DNA of 62,286 nt, filler included, from Stramenopiles sp. TOSAG23-3 (GCA_900128585.1; 5 parts of 5 records of this genome joined end to end with filler, not necessarily neighbours in it), one strand, 5' to 3'. Shown: positions 43,674-54,998, counted from the whole stretch's first letter. Notes: generated from the sequence alone by a model not told the origin. Numbers and translations are program-made.

Positions 43674-44780
43674 CTAAACGCTTGTACCGCTGGCTACTTT
43701 GGGGAGGTTGGGCTTTCTCCCCGCGCTGCTTGGACCTGAGCCTGCTCCAGCATGATCCACCATTGCAAACGTGTGCATTCTGGCCCTGGTTTTGTTCATG
43801 CATTTCATCAGCACTGAAACTTTCTTCTCGTCCGAGTTCGAACCTTCGTAAAGTGCTGCTACAAGTTTAGACTTTCTTCTCCCTTTCACTTTTATACCCA
43901 ATACTTTGGCATACTTTAACAGGTTATTGACCGTCTCTGTGCACAAAAGTTCTTCTAAATCTACCTCAATATCTTCGGTGGGCTTGTTTTCGTTCCCATA
44001 CTGTGCAATAATACTTTCCACGGCCAGCTTTGTTGGCGTGCTTGCTTGTCGTTTTCTTTCCTGCTCCAGTGCAAGCTGCCGTTCCTGGTCCTTTAAAACT
44101 CTCAATTGCAGCCGATGCAATTGAGACGCTTTTTCTTTTTCTTTTGCTTTGGACGCGATGGCCAATTTTTGCTCTTTCATTCTCTTTTGAATATTGTCTA
44201 AGATTTGAAGATCTGTTCCCCATGGATCCTCCAGAGTCTCTGAAAGCCGTAAAAGCATTCTGTTGCGATAAACTACGCCCTGGTCCATATACAGCCTGTG
44301 TCTTCGAAACGAATGGAAGGCGTTTTTAAGATCTAAATGAGACCGTCCCGGGAAGCAAAGCGCTAGCAACGGCCACGTGCCTCGCGGGGGGGGTCCGAAC
44401 ATGTCCCTGCTTTCTCCCACGTTTACACTTTCCACTGCAAGAAGCATTGTGTATGTTTCTTTGTCTGTCATCGAGTCTTCTCGCCGGCCTGGTCGAAGGT
44501 GATCTAGATACCTTGTTCTGCAAGACTTGTGGTCTCTAACAATTGAACCAGTACTGTTATCGTTCAATTTCATTGATATTCTAGACCATACACCTGGCAT
44601 CTGGATCTCCCCAGTTTCAGGGTTAATAAACTCGTCAAGAACATACTGTTTCAATAACGCATCGTCATCTGCACTCCATGTCCTGCTTCGACGCTTCCGC
44701 TTTCGCTCCCGCCCCGTTCGAGACGGTGAAACAGCTGGAGAAACTTCACTCAAGAACGCCAACGTCTCCTCGGAATCCAT
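43674..44780 (-). CDS. R2R3-like Myb protein with C-terminal helix-extension-helix (Rho_N/SAP-like) motif
   Basis: TWSADDDALL..WSRIS..RDHKSCRTRYLDHLRP; WPLLALCFPGRSHLDLKNAF; TVNNLLKYAKVLGI..RKSKLVAAL. Confidence 0.8.
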   Translation of the reverse strand: MDSEETLAFLSEVSPAVSPSRTGRERKRKRRSRTWSADDDALLKQYVLDEFINPETGEIQMPGVWSRISMKLNDNSTGSIVRDHKSCRTRYLDHLRPGRREDSMTDKETYTMLLAVESVNVGESRDMFGPPPRGTWPLLALCFPGRSHLDLKNAFHSFRRHRLYMDQGVVYRNRMLLRLSETLEDPWGTDLQILDNIQKRMKEQKLAIASKAKEKEKASQLHRLQLRVLKDQERQLALEQERKRQASTPTKLAVESIIAQYGNENKPTEDIEVDLEELLCTETVNNLLKYAKVLGIKVKGRRKSKLVAALYEGSNSDEKKVSVLMKCMNKTRARMHTFAMVDHAGAGSGPSSAGRKPNLPKVASGTSV

Positions 44781-45335
44781 AAACCACCAATTTTTGTCGA
44801 TTTAAGTGTTGCGCCTTACTTTGTATCGAGCATTTGAGAATTTTCGGTGGCTTTGCGGGGGTGGAAAATGTCGTCTGTGCAAATGAGTAATAATAATTAA
44901 AACGATTTGCTTATAGACTTAAGTTCAATTTATTGCCGCCGCCGCGTCCGCGTCTCGTGTATATTGATGATGATGATGAAGTTGATGATGATGGCCTATC
45001 TATTATTATATTAAATACCATATTCATTATTATTATAATAATTTAAATTATATATAAATATATTAATGAAGAAATAAAACTGCAACAATGTATTATAACG
45101 TAATAGTCGTCCTTTTAGTTTTTTTTTAAATTATTATTAATTACTTCTGCTAGCTGGCTCCTCTATATGGTATAATGATATACCAGGTACTATGGGTATG
45201 GGGGGTTAGAATGGTGAGGTTCATGGAGACAGTAATACGGCACCCTAGTCGTCTACATTAATTGGAGATTAATAATATAATATCGCATTGAATACAGAAT
45301 GAGGAGCCTGCTACTGTGCCTGCTATGTAAACCCT

Positions 45336-48143
45336 CTAGGGCATGTCCTGGGTTGCCCCGTTCACAGGCAACAAATTCCAGGGTATCAAATGAAAGCCCA
45401 CCCCAAAATCTGTCACCACAGGGACGTCTTCCGTCCTGGGAAGATGTTCTTTTGCAATAGTGACCCATGCGACGATGTCCTCTTCGTCGATAGACTCTTT
45501 GTCTTCCAAGTATTTGTCAAGCGACACTATCGGGGGTGACATTTGTCCAAATAGATCGTACACGCTCGTTACGCGTTGCTCCGATTCATGACGCTGCGTC
45601 ACCGCAAGATTGTACTTGCTAAATGTAGTTGACCGAACCATTGGGTGGTTTGCTGGCAGGGTTTGGCGTGCCGTAGTCCCCGTGAAAGCAATCGCATAAC
45701 CCGGGATTCGGTCAACAGCATCACCAGAAGGTGGACGAAGTGACTTATCCGTGTTGACGATTCGCCACATTGTAGTTGTGTTCGCATTTGCGGTAGAGGC
45801 CTCAATCCCTTCTCGCGGCACGATAGAGCGCGTGACGAACTTAGTGCCATATGTAGCCAAGCCAGGCACGCCTTTTGGTTTTCCAACCTTGAAACGAGTC
45901 GCCTCTAAACTGTTTTTCTCGTTAACAACATCCAAGTCAATTTTAAAGGCCCCAAAGTGCGAGTGCAGCGGAGCAGCAACACCAGGCGCGTGTGCGACCT
46001 CTCCAAGATCCCGTTCCCAGGGGTTAATGTCTTTATTGAACCAACGCACTTCGCAGTAACCAGCAAAGACCAAATCAATGCGAATGGAACCGTCCGGCAC
46101 AAACTCAAATTCCGTTAGATAATCGTAATTGTCTACAGTGGAAACCATGCGCACAACAAGGGTGGTTGCTCTGATTCCAGCCCTTGCCTTCCCAGGGGCT
46201 TGCACTTGTGTGTGGCGCCACAACGCCGCAACGTCATCTCGCTCAAATACACACGCAGCCTTGAACGGCACGGCTTTCGTGGGGTCGCTTCGAATGATCT
46301 GCCCTGGTGCTGAAACGCCAGTAATGTCTCGGCCACGGAATCGCGCCTTCATTTCCCCCTTCTCCGACGAAGAATCCAATACAGGAATGTCGTCCTCCTC
46401 CCCCGAATCATCTTCAGCAGCAGCGGAAGTAGCCTTTCGTGAGACCTGCGTGGTGCCAGTGCCGTCAGATGGGCTTTCCAAGAATGTCATCTGCGTTCCA
46501 TTGATGTAGGCGGCATCTGCGGGGCAATCGACCCCTGGTATCAGCTTGGCGCTGAGTTGGGTCATGGACCAAGCCGAATCTAAATACATAACTTGGTCTT
46601 TCCCGCTTCCACTGTAGTAAGCCACCGCTTCCGACAAGGCAATTTCATGGGCAATTCGCTTTCCTTTGAAGCGAACGTCCATCACTGCCAGTCCCGTGGC
46701 TGGCCTCACGGTCGCGAAGAACGTCCATCCAAGCCAGCTCACAAGGCGGCCGTTGTTTCCGCCGCGATCGGCTCCCAGCTTGAAGCGACGGCGTGAACAT
46801 GTCTGCTTTGGCGGGGCTAACGTCGACCCAGGTCGTGCGTTTGCGCCTGGGGCCAAACCTGGAATGTCCCAATTTCCACGAGCCCCATTGGTTTTCGGAT
46901 CAATACTAGATTTATCAAAGGGGCAGTCCTTCAGCGTCTTGCCCTCCCATGCCCGAAGCAATTGTGACGCAGAGGCGAATGTTTGTAAATGTCCGCAGTA
47001 CATTATATCGTACACAAACCAGTTGGAAGGGTTGCTGCCTGTTTGGTTCGTTCGAAACGCTAAAGGGAGTTCATGAAGCCACTGGGCTTGTACGTTTTCT
47101 CCCGTTTTGTACCAGTTAATGCTAAAACGGCTGATCCTTGAAATTGCCGAGGAAGTTATATCGTTGTACGGGACAACAATACTTCGCCCTGCCGCCGGAT
47201 CCCAGCACTCCGATCCCGCAGGGCAATTTGGAAGCCAATCCCAAATAGGACCAAGAAATTCAACAAGAAAAGGTTTGAGTTTTTGTAATTCTGGAATCGC
47301 AATTTTGATGCTTGTATCATCGTTCACGTCGTAGGGTCTCTTTGCATACGGTATGTCTCCCGGCGCCGTCAAAGGGGTGACCTCGCCTTTTGCCTCATCA
47401 ATATGCGGCTCGCTGGGAGTTCCCGTGATCGGCCCTATGCGATACAGCATAACATCGGGAGGGGAGACCAATCCTCGAACAACGGCGACCTTTGCAAATC
47501 TTGGTGGGGGGAGATCCCTGTCCCCCGCGACGTACGATCGTGCCATTTTTTTGTTTGGCGGGATCAAAACGACAGATTCTGTACCGCTCAAGGAATTTCC
47601 CGTTGATGCTTGTCCCGCCATGGACGACTTGATCTTCAAACGTTGCATTGCAAAGATTGCTGCAACGCGCGTTTCTGCCGGGCTTAGTTCGTCATAAATC
47701 CATGACCTTTTGTCAAGAAGGGAAGGTATCGGTGACAATCCGGACGAGTCACACGGTGTGTCGCCATCATGCAAAGACGAAGCAATGGAAGAGGTCGATG
47801 AGTCACTTGATTCTGTCTGCACTATGAACACGTCCAGGCGTACATCGCTGTAGATACGCCCCAAGAAAAACCCAAGGAACACGGCCACCGCAACACGCAC
47901 CCGCGTTTGTGAAGTAGTCGGGGACGGAGAAGATTTCGCAGCGACTCTAACCTCAGACATATTTGTTTTCCTCCCTGGAACTGGATGTTCTTTCAAACAG
48001 CCTTTTATTGTAACGTTGGGTGTTTGAAGTTTCGTGCTGTATGTTTTTTTGTGTTGTATATTGTTTTCAGACTGCACTACTTGAAGCTTGGGGTAGGGAG
48101 AGAACGGGGAAACCATCCTGTTACCTTCCATGTTTTCCTCCAC
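45336..48143 (-). CDS. Membrane-anchored copper amine oxidase (TPQ)
   Basis: TVDNYDY TPQ consensus, HSHF and EHLPRTED Cu ligands, YLD catalytic Asp, N-terminal TM VAVAVFLGFFLG; start codon uncertain. Confidence 0.92.
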   Translation of the reverse strand: MEENMEGNRMVSPFSPYPKLQVVQSENNIQHKKTYSTKLQTPNVTIKGCLKEHPVPGRKTNMSEVRVAAKSSPSPTTSQTRVRVAVAVFLGFFLGRIYSDVRLDVFIVQTESSDSSTSSIASSLHDGDTPCDSSGLSPIPSLLDKRSWIYDELSPAETRVAAIFAMQRLKIKSSMAGQASTGNSLSGTESVVLIPPNKKMARSYVAGDRDLPPPRFAKVAVVRGLVSPPDVMLYRIGPITGTPSEPHIDEAKGEVTPLTAPGDIPYAKRPYDVNDDTSIKIAIPELQKLKPFLVEFLGPIWDWLPNCPAGSECWDPAAGRSIVVPYNDITSSAISRISRFSINWYKTGENVQAQWLHELPLAFRTNQTGSNPSNWFVYDIMYCGHLQTFASASQLLRAWEGKTLKDCPFDKSSIDPKTNGARGNWDIPGLAPGANARPGSTLAPPKQTCSRRRFKLGADRGGNNGRLVSWLGWTFFATVRPATGLAVMDVRFKGKRIAHEIALSEAVAYYSGSGKDQVMYLDSAWSMTQLSAKLIPGVDCPADAAYINGTQMTFLESPSDGTGTTQVSRKATSAAAEDDSGEEDDIPVLDSSSEKGEMKARFRGRDITGVSAPGQIIRSDPTKAVPFKAACVFERDDVAALWRHTQVQAPGKARAGIRATTLVVRMVSTVDNYDYLTEFEFVPDGSIRIDLVFAGYCEVRWFNKDINPWERDLGEVAHAPGVAAPLHSHFGAFKIDLDVVNEKNSLEATRFKVGKPKGVPGLATYGTKFVTRSIVPREGIEASTANANTTTMWRIVNTDKSLRPPSGDAVDRIPGYAIAFTGTTARQTLPANHPMVRSTTFSKYNLAVTQRHESEQRVTSVYDLFGQMSPPIVSLDKYLEDKESIDEEDIVAWVTIAKEHLPRTEDVPVVTDFGVGFHLIPWNLLPVNGATQDMP

Positions 48144-48561
48144 GCACTACTGATGATCGATTTTTTAAGCAACAACAGCAGCAGTTCAGTGTGAACTTGA
48201 AGTTCGTTCGTATGGTATTATACCGTAGTACCGAACCGGGTTGTTTTTTTGGATAGTACTAATAATTAATAGTTTCTATAATAATAATAATAAAAAAATA
48301 TCTTCTTTTTTTAAATCTTTTTTTTCATTTTTTTTATCAACAGCAACACATCATCACATCCTGCTGCGTCTATTTTAAATGACTTTACCTGGTAATACAT
48401 CTCTACTTGACTACCGTACTACTACCATCAATAAAAAAAGAAGAAAAATTCTTCAATAAAAAATGATATATTGTATATTATAAAAGATACTGTACGATAC
48501 CGGTAGAACTAATAGCGTAGTTAAAAGCGGGCGCGGTAGGAACAAGCCGACATGCACACAT

Positions 48562-50427
48562 TCATGGCATTGTGACGGGGAACTGTCGCGTGACTGAATC
48601 CATGCCAGTGGTAAGCAAGGTGTTTTCGTTTAACCATGCAACGCCTTGCACGTCGCCGTTCGCGTGCACCCTGGGGTATTTCGATTTTTTGAACTTTTTT
48701 GCAATGTCCCAGACAAACACGGAACTGTCCGTTCCCCCACTTGCCAAGTTCGTAGAATTCGGGTGCCATGCGATGCAGGTTATTTTTGCGGTATGGTATT
48801 TCCAATAGCCACTGACCATGTACTTGCTCGAGGCAAAATCCCACACTTTCACCTCCCGGTCATCTGTGCCCATTGCCAATTTTGCACCATCTGGACTGTA
48901 TGCCAAGACTCGGACGACGCCGCTTGCGTTGCCCAGAACAGTAGAATTTTCAATCACATCCCCATTAACAGGGAACCGATGAACGTTCTTGTCGCTGCCG
49001 CCCATCATAATCTCAGACCCGTTCGCTGCGATGGCCACCGAAGTGGCCTCCAGGCTCCCTGGTAGATCTTTCTCTCCCACAACGCTGCCGTTTCGGATTA
49101 ACATCAGCTGGTTTCGTTTCGCGCAAACGACCAAAGAGTTGTCCTTTTGGCACACGGAAATGCCATTCCTTATCGGCTGTCCCCCTAGCGGTATCTCTGA
49201 CGTGTACTCTCCCGTCGAAACGTTGCAAATCTTGATTTTGTCGTCAAACGCGCCGGAGTACAACTTGTCGCCGGAAATCGCGACAGCGCAGCAGTTCTTG
49301 GTATGTATGTTTCCCGTGACACGGGAAGCCGTTCCTTCTCCGCCTTCGTTCCAAACGCACACAGCCCCTGTCGATCCTGCCGTCGCAAACCGGTTGCTTG
49401 CCCTGTCGTACGCAAGGGAGTTTACAACACCCTTGTGGCCTTGGATGACCCGGACGGGCCGATCACTACTAGATTTAGGGTCAAGGAAGCTCAGGTCGCC
49501 GCTCAGCGCCAAACTGATGAATTTGTCGCCGGCAACCGTGCATGAATTTTGCATGTGCTCCAGCCCTGGCGCGTCTGCAAACGTGAACGTCTTTATGCAC
49601 GTTGACGTTTCGACGTCCCAGAGCTTTACAGTTTTGTCGGCCGATGACGTCAAAAGCTGCGCGCTGTCCTGGGTCCACGCGCACGAGTACAGGGACCCAA
49701 GGTGGGCGTTCGGAATCTCAAGTTTCTTCTCTCCCGTGCCTCCGTCAAAAAATGCGATCTTTTTGTCGGAGGCCACCGTAGAAAACAACGACCCGTTGGG
49801 AGCGTAGCGGACGCAGTTGATGAAACTCGAATGCGTTCGTTTGTCGGACGACGTCCATTTGAAAGGCGGGCCTTCGTAGAACATGACGGCCATGTCCTCC
49901 CCTACGCTGGCGATGCGGAATGGACGCTTGGGTCGGTAGGCAATAGAAAGGGCGCCTTTCATGTGGCCTGACATTTTCGCGCCCAAGTCGCTTCCAGTAT
50001 CGTAAGCGACGCACCCCGCCTTTATTTTTCCATCCCCTGATACAGCAATGCGCTTGCTTTCCGAATCCCAGCAGAGATCTGTGATCCCTTTTGGCATCAA
50101 GCTTGTCTCCTTCTTCAACATGTGCTCTGGGTTTGTCCAGGCCCACACTCGAAGCTTTCCGGAAGCGTCTGCCGACGCAACGTAGTGCCCGTTTGGGGAA
50201 AACTGAGCGGCCGTGGTATTGCTTGAGTGTTCCTGGTAAACATACGATGACCCAGCGTCTTCCAGGCTCCTTACAACCACGTTTTTTCCATGCGTGTAAA
50301 TGAGCATGCTACCATCTGCACTCGCTGCAAGCTTCGCAGCAACCCCGCGTTCAACCGCGGGCGCCGGTGGCAAGCAACCAGCCTGCAACAAAGGCGGGCT
50401 GTCGTTCCCTGAAGCAATGGAAGCCAT
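48562..50427 (-). CDS. AIP1: Actin-interacting protein 1 (WDR1)
   Basis: PAVERG, YVASADASGKLRVW, RPKRPFRIAS, FYEGPPFKW, WKYHTAKI. Confidence 0.93.
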   Translation of the reverse strand: MASIASGNDSPPLLQAGCLPPAPAVERGVAAKLAASADGSMLIYTHGKNVVVRSLEDAGSSYVYQEHSSNTTAAQFSPNGHYVASADASGKLRVWAWTNPEHMLKKETSLMPKGITDLCWDSESKRIAVSGDGKIKAGCVAYDTGSDLGAKMSGHMKGALSIAYRPKRPFRIASVGEDMAVMFYEGPPFKWTSSDKRTHSSFINCVRYAPNGSLFSTVASDKKIAFFDGGTGEKKLEIPNAHLGSLYSCAWTQDSAQLLTSSADKTVKLWDVETSTCIKTFTFADAPGLEHMQNSCTVAGDKFISLALSGDLSFLDPKSSSDRPVRVIQGHKGVVNSLAYDRASNRFATAGSTGAVCVWNEGGEGTASRVTGNIHTKNCCAVAISGDKLYSGAFDDKIKICNVSTGEYTSEIPLGGQPIRNGISVCQKDNSLVVCAKRNQLMLIRNGSVVGEKDLPGSLEATSVAIAANGSEIMMGGSDKNVHRFPVNGDVIENSTVLGNASGVVRVLAYSPDGAKLAMGTDDREVKVWDFASSKYMVSGYWKYHTAKITCIAWHPNSTNLASGGTDSSVFVWDIAKKFKKSKYPRVHANGDVQGVAWLNENTLLTTGMDSVTRQFPVTMP

Positions 50428-51233
50428 TATTGTCGTGGTCTTTCTTCTGTGCCGTAAAAAATGTATTTCGTGAGTGCGTACTTTTTTTTATAGTCCTTTT
50501 TTCTTCGTGCCCTTGTGTCTGAGAAAAGGACAAAAGTCATTTGAGGTTTCCTTATTTTTCTGTGCAAACAAAATAGACACTATAGTATTACGGTAACATC
50601 AAACCGTAGTAGTCATTATTTTATTATAATTATTATAACAATCAGCCACGGAACGGACGGGTAGCTAGTTTTATAATAATAATAAAGAAGATAGAAGAAG
50701 AAGATTTTCTTTTCTTCTTTTTTTTTTTTCTTCTTTCTTTTTTTTTTGTGTGTTTTTCTTCTTCTTCGTTGAAGTTTATTATACTTAATAATTTAAATAA
50801 TACTACAATCATATAGAAATGCTGTTACTGAATTATAGTACTATTGTAGTATTGTAGTACAATCCAAATAGGGGATGACACAATGATAGTGAAATTGGAA
50901 TAGAATAAGAATAGCAGGCACGATGACGATCCTATCGATCAGCAAGGTACAGGCACAGAAAAAGGGAAGGTCACCACCTTATTATCGTTGTTAGCAAAAA
51001 AAAAATAGAAAAAAAGAAAAGTTGTATGTAATTGATGGATTCGGTGCACAAAGGATTGGGACTACTCGAACATACTGTTTCATCCAATAGAGAGTGGTTG
51101 ACTGGAGGGGATGAGGTATGAAATATTACACGACCTCCAAGAGACTCGCAACGTAGAAGAGAGACGTATGGTCGCTAAATTATAGTACGTGTAAAAAGCT
51201 GACCAAACGGACGGACGGGGCACGCAACCAACC

Positions 51234-53300
51234 ATGTTTGGTGACAAGTTTAAGGAGCTGGCGAAAAAGGTCGGGGAGGCGACCTCGAGTGGAAAAGATG
51301 AAGAGTTGCAAAAGGTGCGAAACGAGAAAGCAGCAATGGAGGAGCAGTTCAAAGGACTGGTGGAAGACTTTACGCAGATGAATGTAAATTTGAACGAGTA
51401 CAAAGGCAAGGTGTACGACTTGGAAAAAAATCAAAAGATGTACCAAAAGCAGGTCAAAGAACTTCAAACCCAAGTGAATACTGCCGAGAAAGACCTTCGG
51501 AAGAAAAACATGACGATAAAGAAAAGCAAGGAAAAGGGGGCGCTGGAATCCCTGATGGAGGAAAATGACAACCAGAGAGAGCAGATCCTTGTTCTGAAAA
51601 ACTCGTTGCGGAGCCTGCACGAGGCCCAGCAGGCGGCAAAAGAGGAAGCCGCGGAAACGGCAGAACGCGGGGGCGCGCAAGGCAACGAGGACGACGGCGA
51701 CAGCCAAGCCGTCCTTGACGACCCATTGTCGCACCCCCTGGCTCCTTTGGACGAAGCAAGCTCCGCCTCGTCTGAAAAAGCTGAACAGGTGAAGTTAACA
51801 GAGAGCCCGACCGCGTCGCCATCGGCTAGCACGAGAAAGGTCGCGCGCAGGCCGTCCGTGTCCGACCAAATGGCCGTGAAGCAACAAGAAGAGTTGATCT
51901 CCTTGAACAAGCAGGTGGACGAGTTGAAGTCCAAAATTGAGCGGGACAAAGTCGCGCATTACGAAGATTTGCAGCGTATGGTAGAAAAGTCCACGCAGAA
52001 GGAAGAAGAGATCCAAAAGCTGAAGACTGGCTTGAAGGGGGAGAACGACAAATTAAGCAGCAGCCAAAAGAAAATTTCAGAAATGGGTAAAAAGCTGGAG
52101 TTGATGGTGAACGCATACCAAACGCTGAAGAAGTCGAACGACACCGTTGTGAAGAAAATGTCGGAGCTGGAAGCCGCGAACCAGAAGCTGGAAGAATTGT
52201 CTGCCGATAAGAACGAGGAAGGGATCAAAGCAGTGGAGCAGAAACACCAAGAAGCGCTCAAAAAGGCAGAGATGGAGTCGAAGGGGGCCTTGGACGGGGC
52301 GCGAGCACGGAGGGAGGCGGAGGTCCAGGGGTACCAAGAGCGGCTGGCCAGAGCAACGGAGAAAAGCGAGAAACTAGAGAAAGACATTGTCGAAACCACT
52401 TCGGAAAAGAAGGCCCTTCAGGAAGAAATCGCCCTCTTGCAGAAGTCAAAGGACGAGAATGACGACCGGTTGCAGCAAACGAAAAAAGAATTGCAGGCGC
52501 AGCGGGTGAGGGCAACAGAAGCGGAAGTGAAACTGACTGAAACGAATGAACTCCTGGAAGGACGTGTAACGGAAGTCCAAGACGTCATGAGGCAACTCGA
52601 AGAAGGGGGGAAAGAGCGCCTCGCCATAGAAGAAACCCTTCAAAGTGTCCGGGAAGACGTAGAACAATTGAAAGAGGGCAAGAAAAATGCTGAGCAAAAG
52701 CTCGTGGATCAGTCTATAGAGCATAAAATTGCGGGTAAACGGCAAGTTCAGATGATTAAAGATTTAAAGACCGTGCTGAAGCAAGAAGCGCAGCGGCGAG
52801 AATTGGCAGAGGGAAAACTGAAGAGCACGACTAGCGTGCTAGAAAAATTGCAGGAAGAAATGGCGAGCGCTCCCGTCATGCCTCCGCCAGCCCCAGCCCC
52901 CACCCCTAAAGAAGGTGGAATACTGTCACCGGGCCGGCGCAAAAGTCTTAGTGCGCTAGTTGGTGCAGTCAGCGGTGGTGGTGGTGGAAGCAGCAATGAT
53001 ACTGTCAGTTCGGGGAGCACCCAAAAGGGAAGGAGCGCGAGTGTTGCCGACGATGACGGGGTGAAGAAAGCCCTTGCGAAGCGCCTAGAATCGCTTTTAG
53101 AAGAAAATGTCATGATCAAGGAAAAAGTTAGCATGTTGGAAGGGATTGTGCAGGAACTTACTGACGAACTGAACATAGCAAAATCAATCAACACTGCAGT
53201 GGAGAGCGCAACCAAAAAGGATGAAGCTGAAGGTGCGCCCGAGGAGAACAATGAAGACCCTCTTGGCGAAGATGACCAGATGGAAAGCTTTGATATATGA
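51234..53300 (+). CDS. Long coiled-coil protein (C-terminus GRIPAP1-like)
   Basis: Extended heptads; MIKDLK..LKQE and LESLLEENVMIKEKVSMLE motifs. Confidence 0.7.
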   Translation: MFGDKFKELAKKVGEATSSGKDEELQKVRNEKAAMEEQFKGLVEDFTQMNVNLNEYKGKVYDLEKNQKMYQKQVKELQTQVNTAEKDLRKKNMTIKKSKEKGALESLMEENDNQREQILVLKNSLRSLHEAQQAAKEEAAETAERGGAQGNEDDGDSQAVLDDPLSHPLAPLDEASSASSEKAEQVKLTESPTASPSASTRKVARRPSVSDQMAVKQQEELISLNKQVDELKSKIERDKVAHYEDLQRMVEKSTQKEEEIQKLKTGLKGENDKLSSSQKKISEMGKKLELMVNAYQTLKKSNDTVVKKMSELEAANQKLEELSADKNEEGIKAVEQKHQEALKKAEMESKGALDGARARREAEVQGYQERLARATEKSEKLEKDIVETTSEKKALQEEIALLQKSKDENDDRLQQTKKELQAQRVRATEAEVKLTETNELLEGRVTEVQDVMRQLEEGGKERLAIEETLQSVREDVEQLKEGKKNAEQKLVDQSIEHKIAGKRQVQMIKDLKTVLKQEAQRRELAEGKLKSTTSVLEKLQEEMASAPVMPPPAPAPTPKEGGILSPGRRKSLSALVGAVSGGGGGSSNDTVSSGSTQKGRSASVADDDGVKKALAKRLESLLEENVMIKEKVSMLEGIVQELTDELNIAKSINTAVESATKKDEAEGAPEENNEDPLGEDDQMESFDI

Positions 53301-53327
53301 GCCCTGGCGTCGTGCCGGTTGGTTAAT

Positions 53328-53468
53328 AAAACAAGAAAATTGGCTGTTATTTAACGTACTATAATAATATATTTGTTTTTTTTTTTATTATATATATAAT
53401 TTTAATAATTTGTTTTTAATTTTAATTACTTAAATATTATAATATATCAGCCAATTTTCTTGATTTTT
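53328..53468. repeat. Inverted pair of gene-3'-end elements between convergent genes (53328-53354 +, 53416-53468 -)
   Basis: AAAACAAGAAAATTGGCTGTTATTTAA 27 nt after the + gene; TTAATTTTAATTACTTAAATA[insert]CAGCCAATTTTCTTG 83 nt after the - gene. Confidence 0.88.
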
Positions 53469-53551
53469 ATTTTAAGAATTACCCCCCCATCTTTTCTAAT
53501 CTGGTCGTATTCAAAAAAGGTAAATTCGTTTGTACTACTCGTACAGTTCTT

Positions 53552-54358
53552 CTACTTAATTTTTGTTTTGGGTTTCGGACAGGTGCGAAGAAGCGAAGCG
53601 GCAAGAAGGCTGACCATACCAGACAACATAATTACCCACTTTAAAATCGCCGAAGTGGAGGCCACTGTTATTGCTGCGTTGGGTGTCCCTTCAAAATCTT
53701 CTAAATTCAAGCAATGAATTGTATTTTCAATCACATCGCATGCCCCCCCTAAAATAAAGATTTTGGAAAGAGAGGGAAAATACAACGTTCCATCCAGCCC
53801 CCGACGTTCCACTTCAAACGCAAGCCACGAAATGCAAAAGAGGGTGTAGAGGGTGGGGTACAGAAACAAATCGACGAAAAAGTGATTCTTAAACTTTTCG
53901 AGATCGTCTGCCGTCCACGCCTTCACTTGCTCTCTAAAAGTTTCTGGGGATGGCGTCAGCTGCATTTTGAGCAGTTTGCGGGTAAACTCTGGGCCGAGGG
54001 TCACGCCGATCGCGGCTTGTGCAGCGGCGGCCAACAAAAACAACTGCCACATGTACGTTCGTAACCCAAACATATCAAAACTAGTCCGCTTTTCAAACAA
54101 AACTCTAACTTTAAAGACCTGCTGTTTCTTGACTAGGTCTGAAAATCTAGCTTTGTTCGACAGCCGCACCCCTTTTCCGATCAGCTTATACCCACTGTAA
54201 GAAGGCCCGATCAACTTAGGAAGCTCCTTCAATAGCTCTGCCACTGTTACACGTTGGCCGCAACGAAACAGGTACCGCCCTTTATTGAACGCTGCCTCAA
54301 CTGCCACCAAAGGTGCACTTTGATCTCCGACGAGGACGGCGTCCCGTTCCTTTCCCAT
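53552..54358 (-). CDS. Ubiquitin-like domain fused to a ~4-TM membrane domain
   Basis: VTVAELLKEL..IG..YKLIGKGVRL UBL pattern; hydrophobic helices with GACDVIEN and ASTSAILKW. Confidence 0.65.
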   Translation of the reverse strand: MGKERDAVLVGDQSAPLVAVEAAFNKGRYLFRCGQRVTVAELLKELPKLIGPSYSGYKLIGKGVRLSNKARFSDLVKKQQVFKVRVLFEKRTSFDMFGLRTYMWQLFLLAAAAQAAIGVTLGPEFTRKLLKMQLTPSPETFREQVKAWTADDLEKFKNHFFVDLFLYPTLYTLFCISWLAFEVERRGLDGTLYFPSLSKIFILGGACDVIENTIHCLNLEDFEGTPNAAITVASTSAILKWVIMLSGMVSLLAASLLRTCPKPKTKIK

Positions 54359-54905
54359 TGTATGGATATGTACGTTCCACAAAAGGCTTTAACGATTCTG
54401 CATCACATACTAGGAAAGAAGAACAGGCGGTTAACAATTAAAAAATCAATATATTATGAACTCTAAATTGTTAATCAATCGCTTTATATAATTTGTTAAT
54501 TACCAAGCCACCAAGGGCCAAGGAAGGGGCGGGGCAGTAAACTCTTTAAAAAATATTACCAACAAGGGAAGAACCTCCTCCTCCTCTTCCTACCGGTACG
54601 GTATATACGGGTATACCAGTTACTACGACGGGTAGTACGTTTTTCATTATATTTATGTTGTAGTCCTCGTAGTACACCACCACACCAGCAGTGCCCTACT
54701 TTATAATATAACCGGTATAATAATAGTCTAAATACCATTTTCTACTAAAAAAAATAAAAAAGATGACCGCCGTTGTTTTTTTGTATCTTAAGTAAAAGGC
54801 TTTGATAGACGACAGCTGTTCAATAAAAATGTTCGGTGTCCGATCTCCATCTCCCCATTAAATAACGATTAGTAAAACCAAAAGAGCAAAGATATGTTCG
54901 CAGTA

Positions 54906-54998
54906 CATGAAGGAATGTAAACCTTGAATTTGTCTAAATTTAGAGCTCAGTTCGCAGTACATTAATTTTCATTACTTAAATAACAGCCAATTTTCTTG
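54906..54998 (-). repeat. Gene-3'-end element, long copy
   Basis: + strand CATGAAGGAATGTAAACCTTGAATTTGTCTAAATTTAGAGCTCAGTTCGCAGTACATTAATTTTCATTACTTAAATAACAGCCAATTTTCTTG; 68 nt past stop. Confidence 0.92.
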
